Below, piece after piece: positions 1-11,477 of a stretch of 64,000 nt of DNA. Position numbers and translations under genes: made by a program. The notes under the pieces are model-generated. The model searched no databases. It was not told the DNA's origin and saw only the letters and a program-made list of their open reading frames with translations. Source of the DNA: Eledone cirrhosa (Eukaryota). The stretch's first letter is position 1. The number at the start of each line of letters is the position of its first letter. The stretch is taken from NCBI GenBank assembly GCA_964016885.1, contig OZ024742.1:353276001-353340000 (forward strand), in the 5' to 3' direction.

Positions 1-3000
1 TGGAACGTCCCGCTCTTTAGTGTTAGTGGGCGACTGGAACGGGATCTTAGATGCACGCTGGGATTGTGTGGGATTAGTGGATAGGGAAGGAGGGTGCAAG
101 AGTCTCACCAACCTGCTCAGACGTTTTGAACTGTCTGACAGGTACCGAATGGATTTCCCGAATGTACCAATGTGGACTTGGACAAATCGCATAGGGTCAT
201 CCAGATCATATCTAGATAGAGTATTTTGTAGGGAAATAGATAGGTCTAGCATAGGCTGTCCACAATTCAAGATAGTCAGCTACACGGACCACAAATTCGT
301 GATCTGTGTGCTTGACTTAGATAGGCTTCATAGACAAGGACCCGGCTACTGGAAGCTAAACGCGTCCTTACCAGCGCGCAAGGCCTACAGAGACCGGATT
401 AGCGAACTAGTTAAGCGGGCGTTGACGGGGGCCATCGTCAACAACAAGTGGTGGTTTGCTCTGAAAAGAGCAATTAGAATAGAGTCCATTAGGTTTAGTA
501 AGCCTTTAGCAATAGAGAAAAATGGAGCAGAGGGAGAATTAGTTAGAAAATTAGATGAGGCGCTTAGCAAAGGCATCGCGACCGACGTACTTGCGGCGAA
601 ATTGGCCCTTGACCAATTCTTCAATGCAAAGCACGAAGGCTGCGTTGTCAGAGCTAGGGTGCGTGCTCTCAGACACGAGGGGACGAAAGCCGTTCAATGG
701 GCCCGAGTGGCGGAGGCGCGTCGTGGCAACAAAGCCACGATCCGGTCTTTGGTGGACCACGACGGGCGCATGCTACTCGATCCCGGGCAAATGTGTGAAG
801 CTTTTCAGCGACACTTCGCTCGACTGTTCGGGGGCAGTGGCGGGCCGGATTGAGGGATGGACTTTAGTATCTACCTCGACGGACTGCCGCGGCTTTCGGC
901 CACTGAGGCGGAGTGTTGCGAAAAGCCGATAACAACCGCTGAAGTACGGGATGCAATGACTAATTGCACAAGGGGTAAATCGCCTGGTTTGGATGGTCTG
1001 CCCTATGAACTTTACGTACAAATGCCAAACTTGTTCGGAGGCCTTTTGGCGGACGTCTCCTGCAACTGGCAACAGAACGGGATAATTCCCAGCTCTGTGA
1101 GCCGAGGAGCGGTGGCGCTGCTGAGAAAGGATCCGAACAAGGGGGATAACATAGATAATTTTAGGCCCATAACTCTGCTAAACACAGAGTTCAAGATTTT
1201 GGCCAGGTGCTAGCAAAGAGGTTGGCGCTTGTCGTTGGTGGTCTGGTGGGAGAGGCACAGACATGCGTCATTCCCGACAGATCCATCCACGACAACCTCC
1301 ACCTCATGCGATACATCGTAGAGAGGGTAGCTAGGGAACCTGGCACGGGTGGGTCTTTGATCAATTTAGATCAGTCGAAAACCTTCGATAGGGTCGACCA
1401 TCGTTACCTAACGGCAGTCCTGAGGGCGGCTGGCTTTGGGCCCGTCTTCAGAGGCTGGATCGCTGCCATGCACAGCGACATCTGCTCTGTAGTGAGAGTG
1501 AACGGTCACCTTTCGGAACCGTTCAACATCATGCGCTCGGTCCGCCAAGGATGTCCCCTCTCGTCCCTATTCTACGTATTGACTCTCGAGCCATTAATGC
1601 ACAAACTGGAGACGTTGAGGGGGGTCCCGCGCGAACTAGGATGCGGAAGATCCGTGTCAGCATATGCCGACGATGTCACCGTAGTGGTGTCGAACGCCAA
1701 ACACATCGAGGCGATCGGCACTACACTAAGAGAATACGAAGCGGTGACAGGAGCAATGATCAACCAGGAAAAGTCAGTGGGCCTGCAGCTCGGCACCTGG
1801 AGAGGCAGGTCCATGCCGTCCAACAGCGTCGTCGGGCGCTGGACGGACGGACCGGTTAAATTGCTAGGGGTCTGGTTCGGTCCAGACCTCCAGACGGACA
1901 AAAACTGGGACGAGGTGACGAGCAGGGTGGCTTCTCTCACCCAGAAATGGGCCGAGAGGAAGCTATCTCTGAAAGGTCGAGCGGAGGTGGCGAATGCGTA
2001 CATCGCATCCGTCATCTACTACCGCCTGACCGTCGTACCTTGTCCTAAGCCCCGCCTGACTGCGCTGGAGCGTTTGCTCTTTCGCTTCTTGTGGAAGGGA
2101 CGCGCTCCGATGGTCAGGCGGTCCATCTGCTGTCAACACCCGCTACGTGGAGGGCTGGGCATGCCGTGGCTGATGATGCGCAGACACGCGCACAGGCTAC
2201 GACATCTCCACCTCTTTCTCGACGGTGATCAGGTGTGGTCGCCGTTTGCAAGACACGTTTTTCCCCAGCTCGTCTCCTTGACGGAGCTGCAGTCCTGGGT
2301 CAAGCGAAGACCGAGACGGAGCGCTTGGAGACTGGAATGTCTTCAGGCGCTCACAGCCCTCGACCAATCGGGCAATGCGATCGGTGGAAACTCAACCTTG
2401 GCGTTCTATAGGGGATCAGTGGAGGGGAAGAGCGACGACGTACTTGGAGAAACTCTAGGCGTCGACGAAAATCAACTAGCCAATCTCTTCGGAAGGACTT
2501 TCGGGCCGGGGCCTATGGACAACTTCTAGAAATCCCTGGCCTGGCAGTGCTACCGAGGAGCTTTGCCAGTTCGGGATAAACTCTACAGGCATGGAGGTGC
2601 CATCAGCCGGGCATGTCCGAGATGCGCACAGGGCGACGAAACCGTCCTGCACGCACTCGTCCAGTGTCCGAGCATTGCTGACTTATGGGTTTATGTCGAA
2701 CACCTGCTGTCACGTGTAGGACGGATCCGGCTATCAGCTGAGTCCATCGTGAGGATTGCCCCGCCCCTTCCTTTAGCCTGGAAGGGCAGGCAGTTTTTAT
2801 CTGTCTGGTGGCCATGGCGAAAGAGATAGTATGGTGGACACGTTTGAAAGGGCTGAAGACGAGCACTTACCTCTTCGGTGATGCCCTGATTAACTTTTTC
2901 AAATTTCATTTGAAAAGGAAAATCAGGGTAGAGAGGGAAGTGCTCTCTTCCCAGCATTTTGTTGAAAGATGGGTGAGAGAAGCAAGTATGGCCCGAATGA

Positions 3001-3293
3001 ATGGGCCTTCTCTGAGTATGTGTCTGTAAATTAAAGGTGGAAAACTGGGAGAGGGCACTTTCCCTGGTGGTCAGGGCCACTGTGGTCTTTTAATGGGCTT
3101 TCTCCACAAATCTCCCTTGGAAGTCTCCCCCCTATTGGGGAATTTTTCTTCGTTATTTTATTTCAACCTCTGTCTTTTTACACGCAGAAATGCCCATTTG
3201 TACCGTCCTGTATTGTCCTGTACTGTCCTTAATGTCTACTTTATGTGAACCATTGTGGTTAATAAAGAAAACATTATTATTATTATTATTATT
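1..3293 (+). mobile_element. Tx1/L1-clade non-LTR retrotransposon, copy 1 (5' end outside window)
   Basis: AP-endonuclease motifs (GDWN, SYLDR, YTDH), RT (KSPGLDG, FRPITLLN, RQGCPLS, YADD), C-terminal CPRC..HALVQC knuckle; 3' UTR ends AATAAA then (ATT)7. Confidence 0.95.
20..3029 (+). pseudogene. Disrupted ORF2 (EN-RT-zinc knuckle) of Tx1 copy 1
   Basis: Stops at 851-853 and 2527-2529 and frameshifts near 1205 and 2770 split the ORF into 20-853, 857-1213, 1207-2529, 2563-2829 and 2808-3029. Confidence 0.93.
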
Positions 3294-3508
3294 GAATGCC
3301 ATGGTTGACGGAGGCTCGGCTCTGTAAGGTATAGTAATTTTTAACCGTTAAAACAATTGTAAATTGTTTAAAACTTGAAACAAATTGTTGATAAAGACAC
3401 CCTCCTCCTCGTGAGAGGGGTCTTTCTGTCCGTTATTTGGCCCTTCGGGGTTAAATAACCAGTTATTGGGGTTTTGTACCCAATATTCATTTTAAACAAA
3501 AAAACAAC

Positions 3509-5603
3509 ATGGCTAAGAAAAAGAAATTTCATACGTAACTCCCACTCATTCCGTCTTCTTCTTCCTCAATCATCACTACAGCAGAGAGAAGATTGTCTCT
3601 CTCCCTCCCTTCTTTAAATGTGTCTCTCTCCCTCCCTTCTATTTCGCAAGTGACGAAAGAAAAGAAAAGTCTCGTGCAAAGCGTGCAAGGTTTCTCCACG
3701 ACGACGACGACAGCGACGAAACAGGTGTGCGGGAAATACGAAAACCCAATTCACTCGTCTGACGTCAGGAATAATAGCAGTAGCAGCCGTAATAACAACA
3801 GCAACAGTGACAATGAAAACAACAGTAGCAGCCGCAATAGCATCACCAGCAGCATAAACAACAACAGCATTAGTAGCAGCAACACCAACAACAACCACAG
3901 CAACAGCGGCGGAGGCAGTAGTCGTAGTACCTGCAGCAACAACAAAAGTACCAGCAGCTCTGACGACAACAACAACAGCAGAGAAAAACCAATCTCATTT
4001 GCAGGTATTGCGAAAAACTTGGAAACAATCCTCATAACAAATGAGGAATTAGAGGAAGCGAAGAAGATGGTGACAAAGAACGGACACCGAGCAATCTGCA
4101 AGGCAGCGGAAACAATTTTCGAAACCTAAAAGCACTGTACGGTCACGTACCGTACAGTAAGTACAAAATGCCGTAGGGTGGAAAGAGCCACAGAGGCCCA
4201 AATACAAAAAGCCTTGGGGTCTGTGTGGCAGCGGAAAACGCACATCACCCGAGGCAAAAAATATGCCACCGTAGACGTACTTTTTGCCACACCCCAGGAG
4301 GCAAAGGCCCAATCAGTAGTGACCCTAAGGAGCGAGGAAATGGTGTCGGTGCCCTCCTACTGCGGGCAAAAAATTGTGAGGGTCAAACTGACACACGTCC
4401 CCCCCGGAATGACCCCTTCTTGGCTGGCCGCGTCTGTCCTCGTCGGAATCGAGGACAAAACAACTGTACTGCAAGTACAGAAAAAAGTAAGAGAAGATTG
4501 GGTCGGCTCCTCCATTGAGATGCTAATCCAAACAAACCAGGAGTGCATCGAAGCTATCCCGGATGTGATAGACTTCGATAACGGCACTCAACTGCCCATA
4601 AGTGTTGAGGGCAAACGCCCGAAATGCTTTCGCTGTGGATCGAAGACTCACCTCAGGGCCTTCTGCAACGAGAAGACCCTGAGAAAGGAGAAAACCCCCC
4701 TCCTTCCGAATCCGGCTCCACGGCTACCAGCAACAGGACAAGCGGCAACCAGGAACGATAGGCCCGTGGCACCCATACCCCCTCCACGGAAATCAAAAAC
4801 AGCAGCAGCAGTGGAAATATTAACAACAACAACAGCAATACCAAATGCAGCTGCAACAGAGACTCCAGTGCAAACATCACCAACAACAACAAGTGAAAGA
4901 GTGGAGCTGGTACCCCTCCCCGACCTCACAGAATCAGACATGGAGTGTGAGGTGGGAGAGGGATGGCAAAAGGTCGTAAGAAGGCACAAACGCAGAAGCA
5001 GCGCATCGTCGCCTTTGAAAAGGGAGGAAAGAAATGAGAAAAGGGTAAAGTCTACAGCAAAGAGACCCACAGCAGCAACACCACCAACACCATCACCACC
5101 CACACTAGCACCACCATCACCACCGGCGACAACCCCACCGCCAACAACACCTTCAACACCACCACCACAAACACCAACATCGCAAACACAACAACAAAAC
5201 ACACACCCAGCAACAACGACAAGAAAATAGCAGAACCACACCCCACCCCCAGAAAAACAATTGCACGGCAATAAATACACACAACAAGAAACTAATGACT
5301 TACATAATTGAACACACAGACCTTTCACAACAGGACTACATAATACCAGCACCAATCAAAACGCCAACTAACATAAGACTGCTAAAAATAGCACAGAAAC
5401 AATACACAAACATTAAAACGAAATTCCCCAACACAGTTGGTGATTTCAGGGACCTAGGAGGAACCATCAATCGAAGAGTATATTCAGACATTCTCTTAGA
5501 AGAGCCGACGACCAGCCGAAGGGACGATTCAACGGTCCCTTCACCTGACGATCAAGTGAAAAGGGATGTAAAAACCATCCCTCCTCTACCAAAAGTACGG
5601 TAA
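3509..5603 (+). pseudogene. Disrupted ORF1 (CCHC zinc knuckle) of Tx1 copy 2
   Basis: ATG at 3509 (MAKKKK); CFRCGSKTHLRAFC fits CX2CX4HX4C; Asn/Ser- and Pro/Thr-rich tracts; broken by stops and frameshifts; ISVEGKRPKC matches ISVEGRRPSC in the 40.5-45.6 kb element. Confidence 0.85.
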
Positions 5604-5638
5604 GTGGTCTTTCCCATCTTTTCCACTCTATTTTAAAC

Positions 5639-8600
5639 ATGACCTCACTCAGAATAGGCAGCATAAATGCGCGTGGCTTGGGGTCGTCATGGAAGCAGGG
5701 TCACCTGCTCAACGACCTCAGGTCACTAAACATAGATGTAGTGGCCATCAGCGAGACCAGAATCTCCGAAGCACGGGCCTTCGCACCGATCTTCGGCGGC
5801 TACGATGTGTACGCATCTCCCAGCCGTCCTGGATCAGGTGGAGGAGTTGCTGTGCTTTTTCGGAGAGGTTTGGATCTCGCCATACGGGCCATCTTACTGG
5901 ACCCAGAGGGTAAGCTGGTGGTGCTGGACGTGACCAGCGGAGACGGCAAGCTTTCAGGCTAGTGGCCGTCTATGTCCCGACAGGAGCAGGGCGGCCTGAT
6001 TTCTTCCGGCGTCTGGAGACCTTTCTTGGAACGTCCCGCTCTTTAGTGTTAGTGGGCGACTGGAACGGGATCTTAGATGCACGCTGGGACTGTGTGGGAT
6101 TAGCGGATCGGGGTGGAGGGTGCAAGAGCCTCACCAACCTGCTCAGGCGTTTTGAACTGTCTGACAGGTACCGATTGGATTTCCCGAATGTGCCAATGTG
6201 GACTTGGACAAACCGCATAGGGTCATCCAGATCATATCTAGATAGAGTATTTTGTAGGGAAATAGATAGGTCTAGCATAGGCTGTCCACAATTCAAGATA
6301 GTCAGCTACACGGACCACAAATTCGTGATCTGTGTGCTTGACTTAGATAGGCTTCATAGACGAGGACCCGGCTACTGGAAGCTAAACGCGTCCTTACCAG
6401 CGCGCAATGCCTACAGAGACCGGATTAGCGAACTAGTTAAGCGGGCGTTGACGGGGGCCATCGTCAACAACAAGTGGTGGTTAGCTCTGAAAAGAGCGAT
6501 TAGAATAGAATCGATTAGGTTTAGTAAGGGTTTAGCAATAGAGAAACATAGAGCAGAGGGAGAACTAGTTAGACAATTAGACGAGGCGCTTAGCAAAGGC
6601 ATTGCGACCGACGTGCTTGCGGCGAAATTGGCCCTTGACCAATTCTTCAATGCAAAGCACGAAGGCTGCGTTGTCAGAGCTAGGGTGCGTGCTCTCAGAT
6701 ACGTGGGGACGAAAGCCGTTCAATGGGCCCGAGTGGCGGAGGCGCGTCGTGGCAACAAAGCCACGATCCGGTCTTTGGTGGACCACGACGGGCGCATGCT
6801 ACTCGATCCCGGGAAAATGTGTGAAGCTTTTCAGCGACACTTCGCTCAGCTGTTTGGGGGCAGCGGGGCGCCGGGTAGAAGGATGGACTTTAGTGTCTAC
6901 CTCGACGGACTGCCGCGGCTCTCGGCCACTGAGGCGAAGTGTTGCGAAAAGCCGATAACAGCCGCTGAAGTAAGGGAGGCAATGACTGGCTGCACAAGGG
7001 GTAAATCGCCTGGTTTGGATGGTCTGCCCTATGAACTTTACGTACAGATGCCAGACTTGTTCGGAGGCCTCTTGGCGGACGTCTACTGCAACTGGCAACA
7101 GAACGGGAGAATTCCCAGTTCTGTGAGCCGAGGAGCGGTGGCACTGCTGAGAAAGGATCCGAACAAGGGGGATAACATAGAAAATTTCCGGCCCATAACT
7201 CTGCTAAACACAGAGTTTAAGATTTTGGCCATTCCCGGCAGATCCATCCACGACAACCGCCACCTCATGCGATACATCGTAGAGAGGGTAGCTAGGGAAC
7301 CTGGCACGGGTGGGTCCTTGATCAATTTAGATCAGTCGAAAGCTTTCGATAGGGTCGACCATCGTTACCTAGCGGCAGTCCTGAGGGCGGCTGGCTTTGG
7401 GCCCGTCTTCAGAGGCTGGATCGCTGCCATGAACAGCGACATCTGCTCTGTGGTGAGAGTGAACGGTCACCTGTCGGAACCGTTCAACATCATGCGCTCG
7501 GTCCGCCAAGGATGTCCCCTCTCGTCCCTCTTGTACGTATTGACTCTCGAGCCATTACTGCACAAACTGGAGACGTTGAGGGGAGTCCCGCGCGAACTAG
7601 GATGCGGAAGATCCGTGTCAGCATATGCGGACGATGTCACCGTAGTGGTGTCGAACGCCAAACACATCGAGGCGATCGGCACTACACTAAGAGAATACGA
7701 AGCGGTGACAGGAGCAATGATCAACCAGGAAAAGTCAGTGGGCCTGCAGCTCGGCACCTGGAGAGGCAGGTCCATGCCGTCCAACAGCGTCGTCGGACGC
7801 TGGACGGACGGACCGGTTAAATTGCTAGGGGTCTGGTTCGGTCCGGACCTCCAGACGGACAAAAACTGGGACGAGGTGACGAGCAGGGTGGCTTCTCTCA
7901 CCCAGAAATGGGCGGAGAGGAAGCTATCCCTGAAAGGTCGAGCGGAGGTGGCTAACGCGTACATCGCGTCTGTCATCTGCTACCGCCTGACCGTCGTACC
8001 TTGTCCTAAGCCTCGCCTGACTGCGCTGGAGCGTTTGCTCTTTCGCTTTTTGTGGAAGGGACGCGCTCCGATGGTCAGGCGGTCCATCTGTTGTCAACAC
8101 CCGCTACGTGGAGGGCTGGGCATGCCGTGGCTGATGATCCGCAGGCACGCGCTCAGGCTACGACATCTCCCCCTCTTCCTCGACGGTGATCAGGTGTGGT
8201 CGCCGTTTGCTAGGCGCGTATTTCCCCAGCTCGTTTCCTTGACGGAGCTGCAGTCCTGGGTCAAGCGAAGACCGAGAGGGAGCGCCTGGAGACTGGAATG
8301 TCTTCAGGCGCTCACAGCCCTCGACCAATCGGGCAATGTGATCGGTGGAAACTCCACCTCGGCGTTCTATAGGGGATTAGTGGAAGGTAAGAGCGACGAC
8401 GTACTTGGTGAAACTCTAGGCGTCGACGAAAATCAACTAGCCAATCTCTTCGGAACAACTTTCGGGCCGGGGCCTATGGACAACTTCCAGAAATCTCTGG
8501 CCTGGCAGTGCTACCGAGGAGCCTTGCCAGTTCGGGATAAACTCTACAGGCATGGAGGTGTCGTCAGCTGGGCATGTCCGAGATGCGCGCTGGGCGACGA

Positions 8601-8995
8601 AACCGTCCTGCACGCACTCGTCCAGTGTCCGAAAATTGCTGACTTGTGGGTTTATGTCGAACACCTGCTGTCGCGTGTAGGACGGATCCAGCTATCATCT
8701 GAATCCATCGTGAGGATTGCCCCGCCCTCCTCCTCTAGCCGGGAAGGGCAGGCAGTTTTTATCTGTCTGGTGGCCATGGCGAAAGAGATAGTATGGTGGA
8801 CACGTTTGAAAGGGCTGAAGACGAGCACTTACCTCTTCGGTGATGCTCTGATTGACTTTTTTCAAATTTCATTTGAAAAGGAAAATCAGAGTAGAGAGGG
8901 AAGTGCTCTCTTCCCAGCATTTTGTTGAAAGATGGGTGAGAGAAGCAAGAATGGCCCGAGTGAATGGGCCTACTCTGAGTATATATATCTGTAAA
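5639..8995 (+). pseudogene. ORF2 (EN-RT-zinc knuckle) of Tx1 copy 2
   Basis: MTSLRIGSINARGL..SETR endonuclease start; frameshifts near 5950 and 8860; about 66-bp in-frame RT deletion at 7231; YADD; CPRC..H..C. Confidence 0.93.
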
Positions 8996-9254
8996 TTAAA
9001 GGTGGAAAACTGGGAGAGGGCACTTGCCTTGGTGGTCAGGGTCATTGTGGCTTTTTACTGGGCTTTCTCCACAAATGTCCCTCCGAAGTCTCCCCCCTAT
9101 TGGGGAATTTTTCATTGTTATTTTCATTGTTATTTTTGTTACATCCTCTGTTTTTGTTTTTTACACGCAGAAATGCCCATTTGCACCGTCCTGCATTGTC
9201 CTGCACTGTCCTTAATGTCTACTTTATGTAAACCCTTGTGGTTAATAAAAAAAA

Positions 9255-9307
<53 letters not shown>

Positions 9308-9386
9308 GTTCTCCGCGTCTCAGTCATTGTTGTTATTTAACTGGAAAGTTTTTTGACATGCATATCAAGCAACTACCTCCAGCCTC

Positions 9387-9435
<49 letters not shown>

Positions 9436-9576
9436 GGTTCAATCTTTCAAGACGTGGTTCACCTCGCTCCAGGAAGTTTGAACTATGTTCACTGTTATTC
9501 AATGTGCCGTCTGTAATGTCTTTCTTCATGTCAGCCCTTTGGGCCATTAAATAAACCATTATTATTATCATTATTA

Positions 9577-9932
9577 GGGCGGTGGATTGGCAGTATTGGT
9601 AGAGGGTCGGGCGCAATTCTTTGAAGCATATAGTCACTTCCCTTTATGATCTGAGTTCAAATCCCTTTCAAATCCCGAGGTTAACTTTGCCTTTCATCCT
9701 TACAGGGTCGATAAAATAAAGTACCAGTAATGCACTGGGATAATTGCTGGCCTTGTGCCAAAAGTAGAAACAATTATTATCATTATTATTATGTTATGTC
9801 CCTTTACAGTCTGAGTTCAAATCCCGCCGAGGTTAACTTTGCCTTTCATCCTTGCGGGGACGAGAAAATAAGATACCAGTAATGTACTGGCTAACTGCTG
9901 GTCTTGTGCCTAAAGTAGAAACAATTATTATT
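9577..9932 (+). mobile_element. tRNA-derived SINE, full copy (9577-9780) plus 5'-truncated copy (about 9793-9932)
   Basis: A box TGGCAGTATTGG, B box GAGTTCAAATCCC, core GCCTTTCATCCTTACGGGGTCGATAAAATAAAGTACCAG, tail GCTGGCCTTGTGCCAAAAGTAGAAAC(AAT/ATT)n; many copies in window. Confidence 0.9.
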
Positions 9933-9959
9933 AAACAACACCTGTCCCCTCAATTCTAT

Positions 9960-10366
9960 GTTTAGATATCTAGGCAAATCAGAGAAGCAACTGAAATAGA
10001 ACTAACAAAACCAAAATTCAACAAAAAATAGCGAATGGAATAACAAATCAGCCATAATCAAACAGACAATACTGACATACGGTAAATATAAATAAATAAA
10101 TATATACACAAGTAAAATATCAACAAACACTCATAAACACCCACTAATGAACAAAGATAGAATACAAAAACCCATATATTCAAACACGAATACTCACACC
10201 AAACACACATATAAACTCATGCGCAAACAGAGACAGTGAGACAAGAATAAATAAATATATTAATTAAAGGAAAAGGGCGCAGACATTACAATTCAAATGG
10301 AGGAGACATAATAGTACCACTAATGATGTCACATATGTGTGACGAAAGAACCGTGTTAGACACTGC
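9960..10366 (+). mobile_element. Penelope-like element 3' fragment with degenerate hammerhead
   Basis: REATEIELTKPKFN resembles a GIY-YIG C-terminus; CTAATGA-t-gtcaca(tatg)tgtgac-GAAA at 10320-10347; followed by (AT)n. Confidence 0.55.
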
Positions 10367-10599
10367 ACATATATATATATATATATGTATTTTTAACCGT
10401 TGGTCAATCAATGATAAACATTGATTGTCAGATGAATTAACTATGAAGATATAACTATGAAGATATAAACGGCAATATTATAATAAAATGACTCTCCCCA
10501 AATCTAACAACATTTGTTTCAACACAGAATTTCATATCAAAACCTTGCAAAGCACGTCACGATATACATTTTGGTATGTGAAATAATCCGTTGCAACAG

Positions 10600-10992
10600 C
10601 TCTTGATAGGTGAACAATGTAGATAATAAATACAACCACAAGAATATGGTCCGAACACAGAAGAGCCGAACATCCACTATCATCGCCTCCATCTCTCTCA
10701 TCCTCTGTATTGTGAGCAAATGGGGACCCACGTGCTGGCCGACCCACAGCCCTGATGGACAGAATGGAGAAGGCGTTTCCTTGGAAGATTGTAAGGGAGA
10801 TGCGCTGGAAGAGCCATTCCATCTCGCGAGGGTCAGACCTGCGGCTGGTCAGCTCAGAGCCTATGTTGTGAGTAGGCATGTAGCCTTAGGGCCAAGGGCA
10901 CCGCCAATTCTCTACCGCCAAAGTCATGACCGCCAACGGAAGAGGGACCGTTACTTGGAGAGTTTGCCTTCCTCTGCCCGACATGCAGAAGA
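10600..10992 (-). mobile_element. 3' fragment of RLE-type (CRE-like) non-LTR retrotransposon
   Basis: Frameshifted A.RAEE.KL.K...GALGPKAT.LL..IG.EL....DPREMEWLFQRISLTIFQGNAFSIL, typical of the C-terminus of a CRE-clade restriction-like endonuclease domain. Confidence 0.7.
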
Positions 10993-11409
10993 AACTGTGT
11001 TATATATTTGCCATTCGTTAAAACTGACTCTTTTTATACTTCAGAATGTCACTGTAAACGGAGGACTACATAATAAGCTATATGCTTATACATATAGTTA
11101 CATATACGTTTTTGTGTACTTTGGTGTTTATGTATGTATATGCATTTATGTAGTGTGCGTACTTGTGATTTGATATAATATTTGTGATTTATATATATAT
11201 ATATTTGTTCTAATGATTAAAGAAAAAATACTGTTGACTTATCGTTTTAGATACCGAAAGAGATAATCATCTTCCCTGTATGTCTGTCACTCTGCCTCTC
11301 CCTCTCTTTCCTTTGTTTTACTGACACAGGTGATATTATGAAACAGATCGAATCGCATTTTGTTCCTTACATTTAAACATTGTATGCTAAAACATATAGT
11401 TGTGCCTAT

Positions 11410-11477
11410 ATGGTGAATTTCTTCCATTTACCTCTTCGAAATATTTTTCGAAGAGGTAAATGGAAGAAATTCACCAT
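11410..11477. repeat. Perfect 32-bp inverted repeat with 4-nt loop
   Basis: ATGGTGAATTTCTTCCATTTACCTCTTCGAAA-tatt-TTTCGAAGAGGTAAATGGAAGAAATTCACCAT. Confidence 0.95.

Larger units (their letters stand above)
3294..9305 (+). mobile_element. Tx1/L1-clade non-LTR retrotransposon, copy 2 (apparently full length)
   Basis: 5' UTR, ORF1, ORF2 and 3' UTR; near-identical to copy 1 where they overlap; ends AATAAA plus (ATT)n at 9244-9305. Confidence 0.95.

Noticed and set aside
385-8664. Antisense and alternate-frame ORFs repeated in both Tx1 copies
   Set aside because: Shadow ORFs of GC-rich ORF2; they recur only because the copies are near-identical.
9577-9700. tRNA genes at SINE heads
   Set aside because: A and B boxes are present, but spacing is extended, there is no cloverleaf, and each continues into the SINE body.
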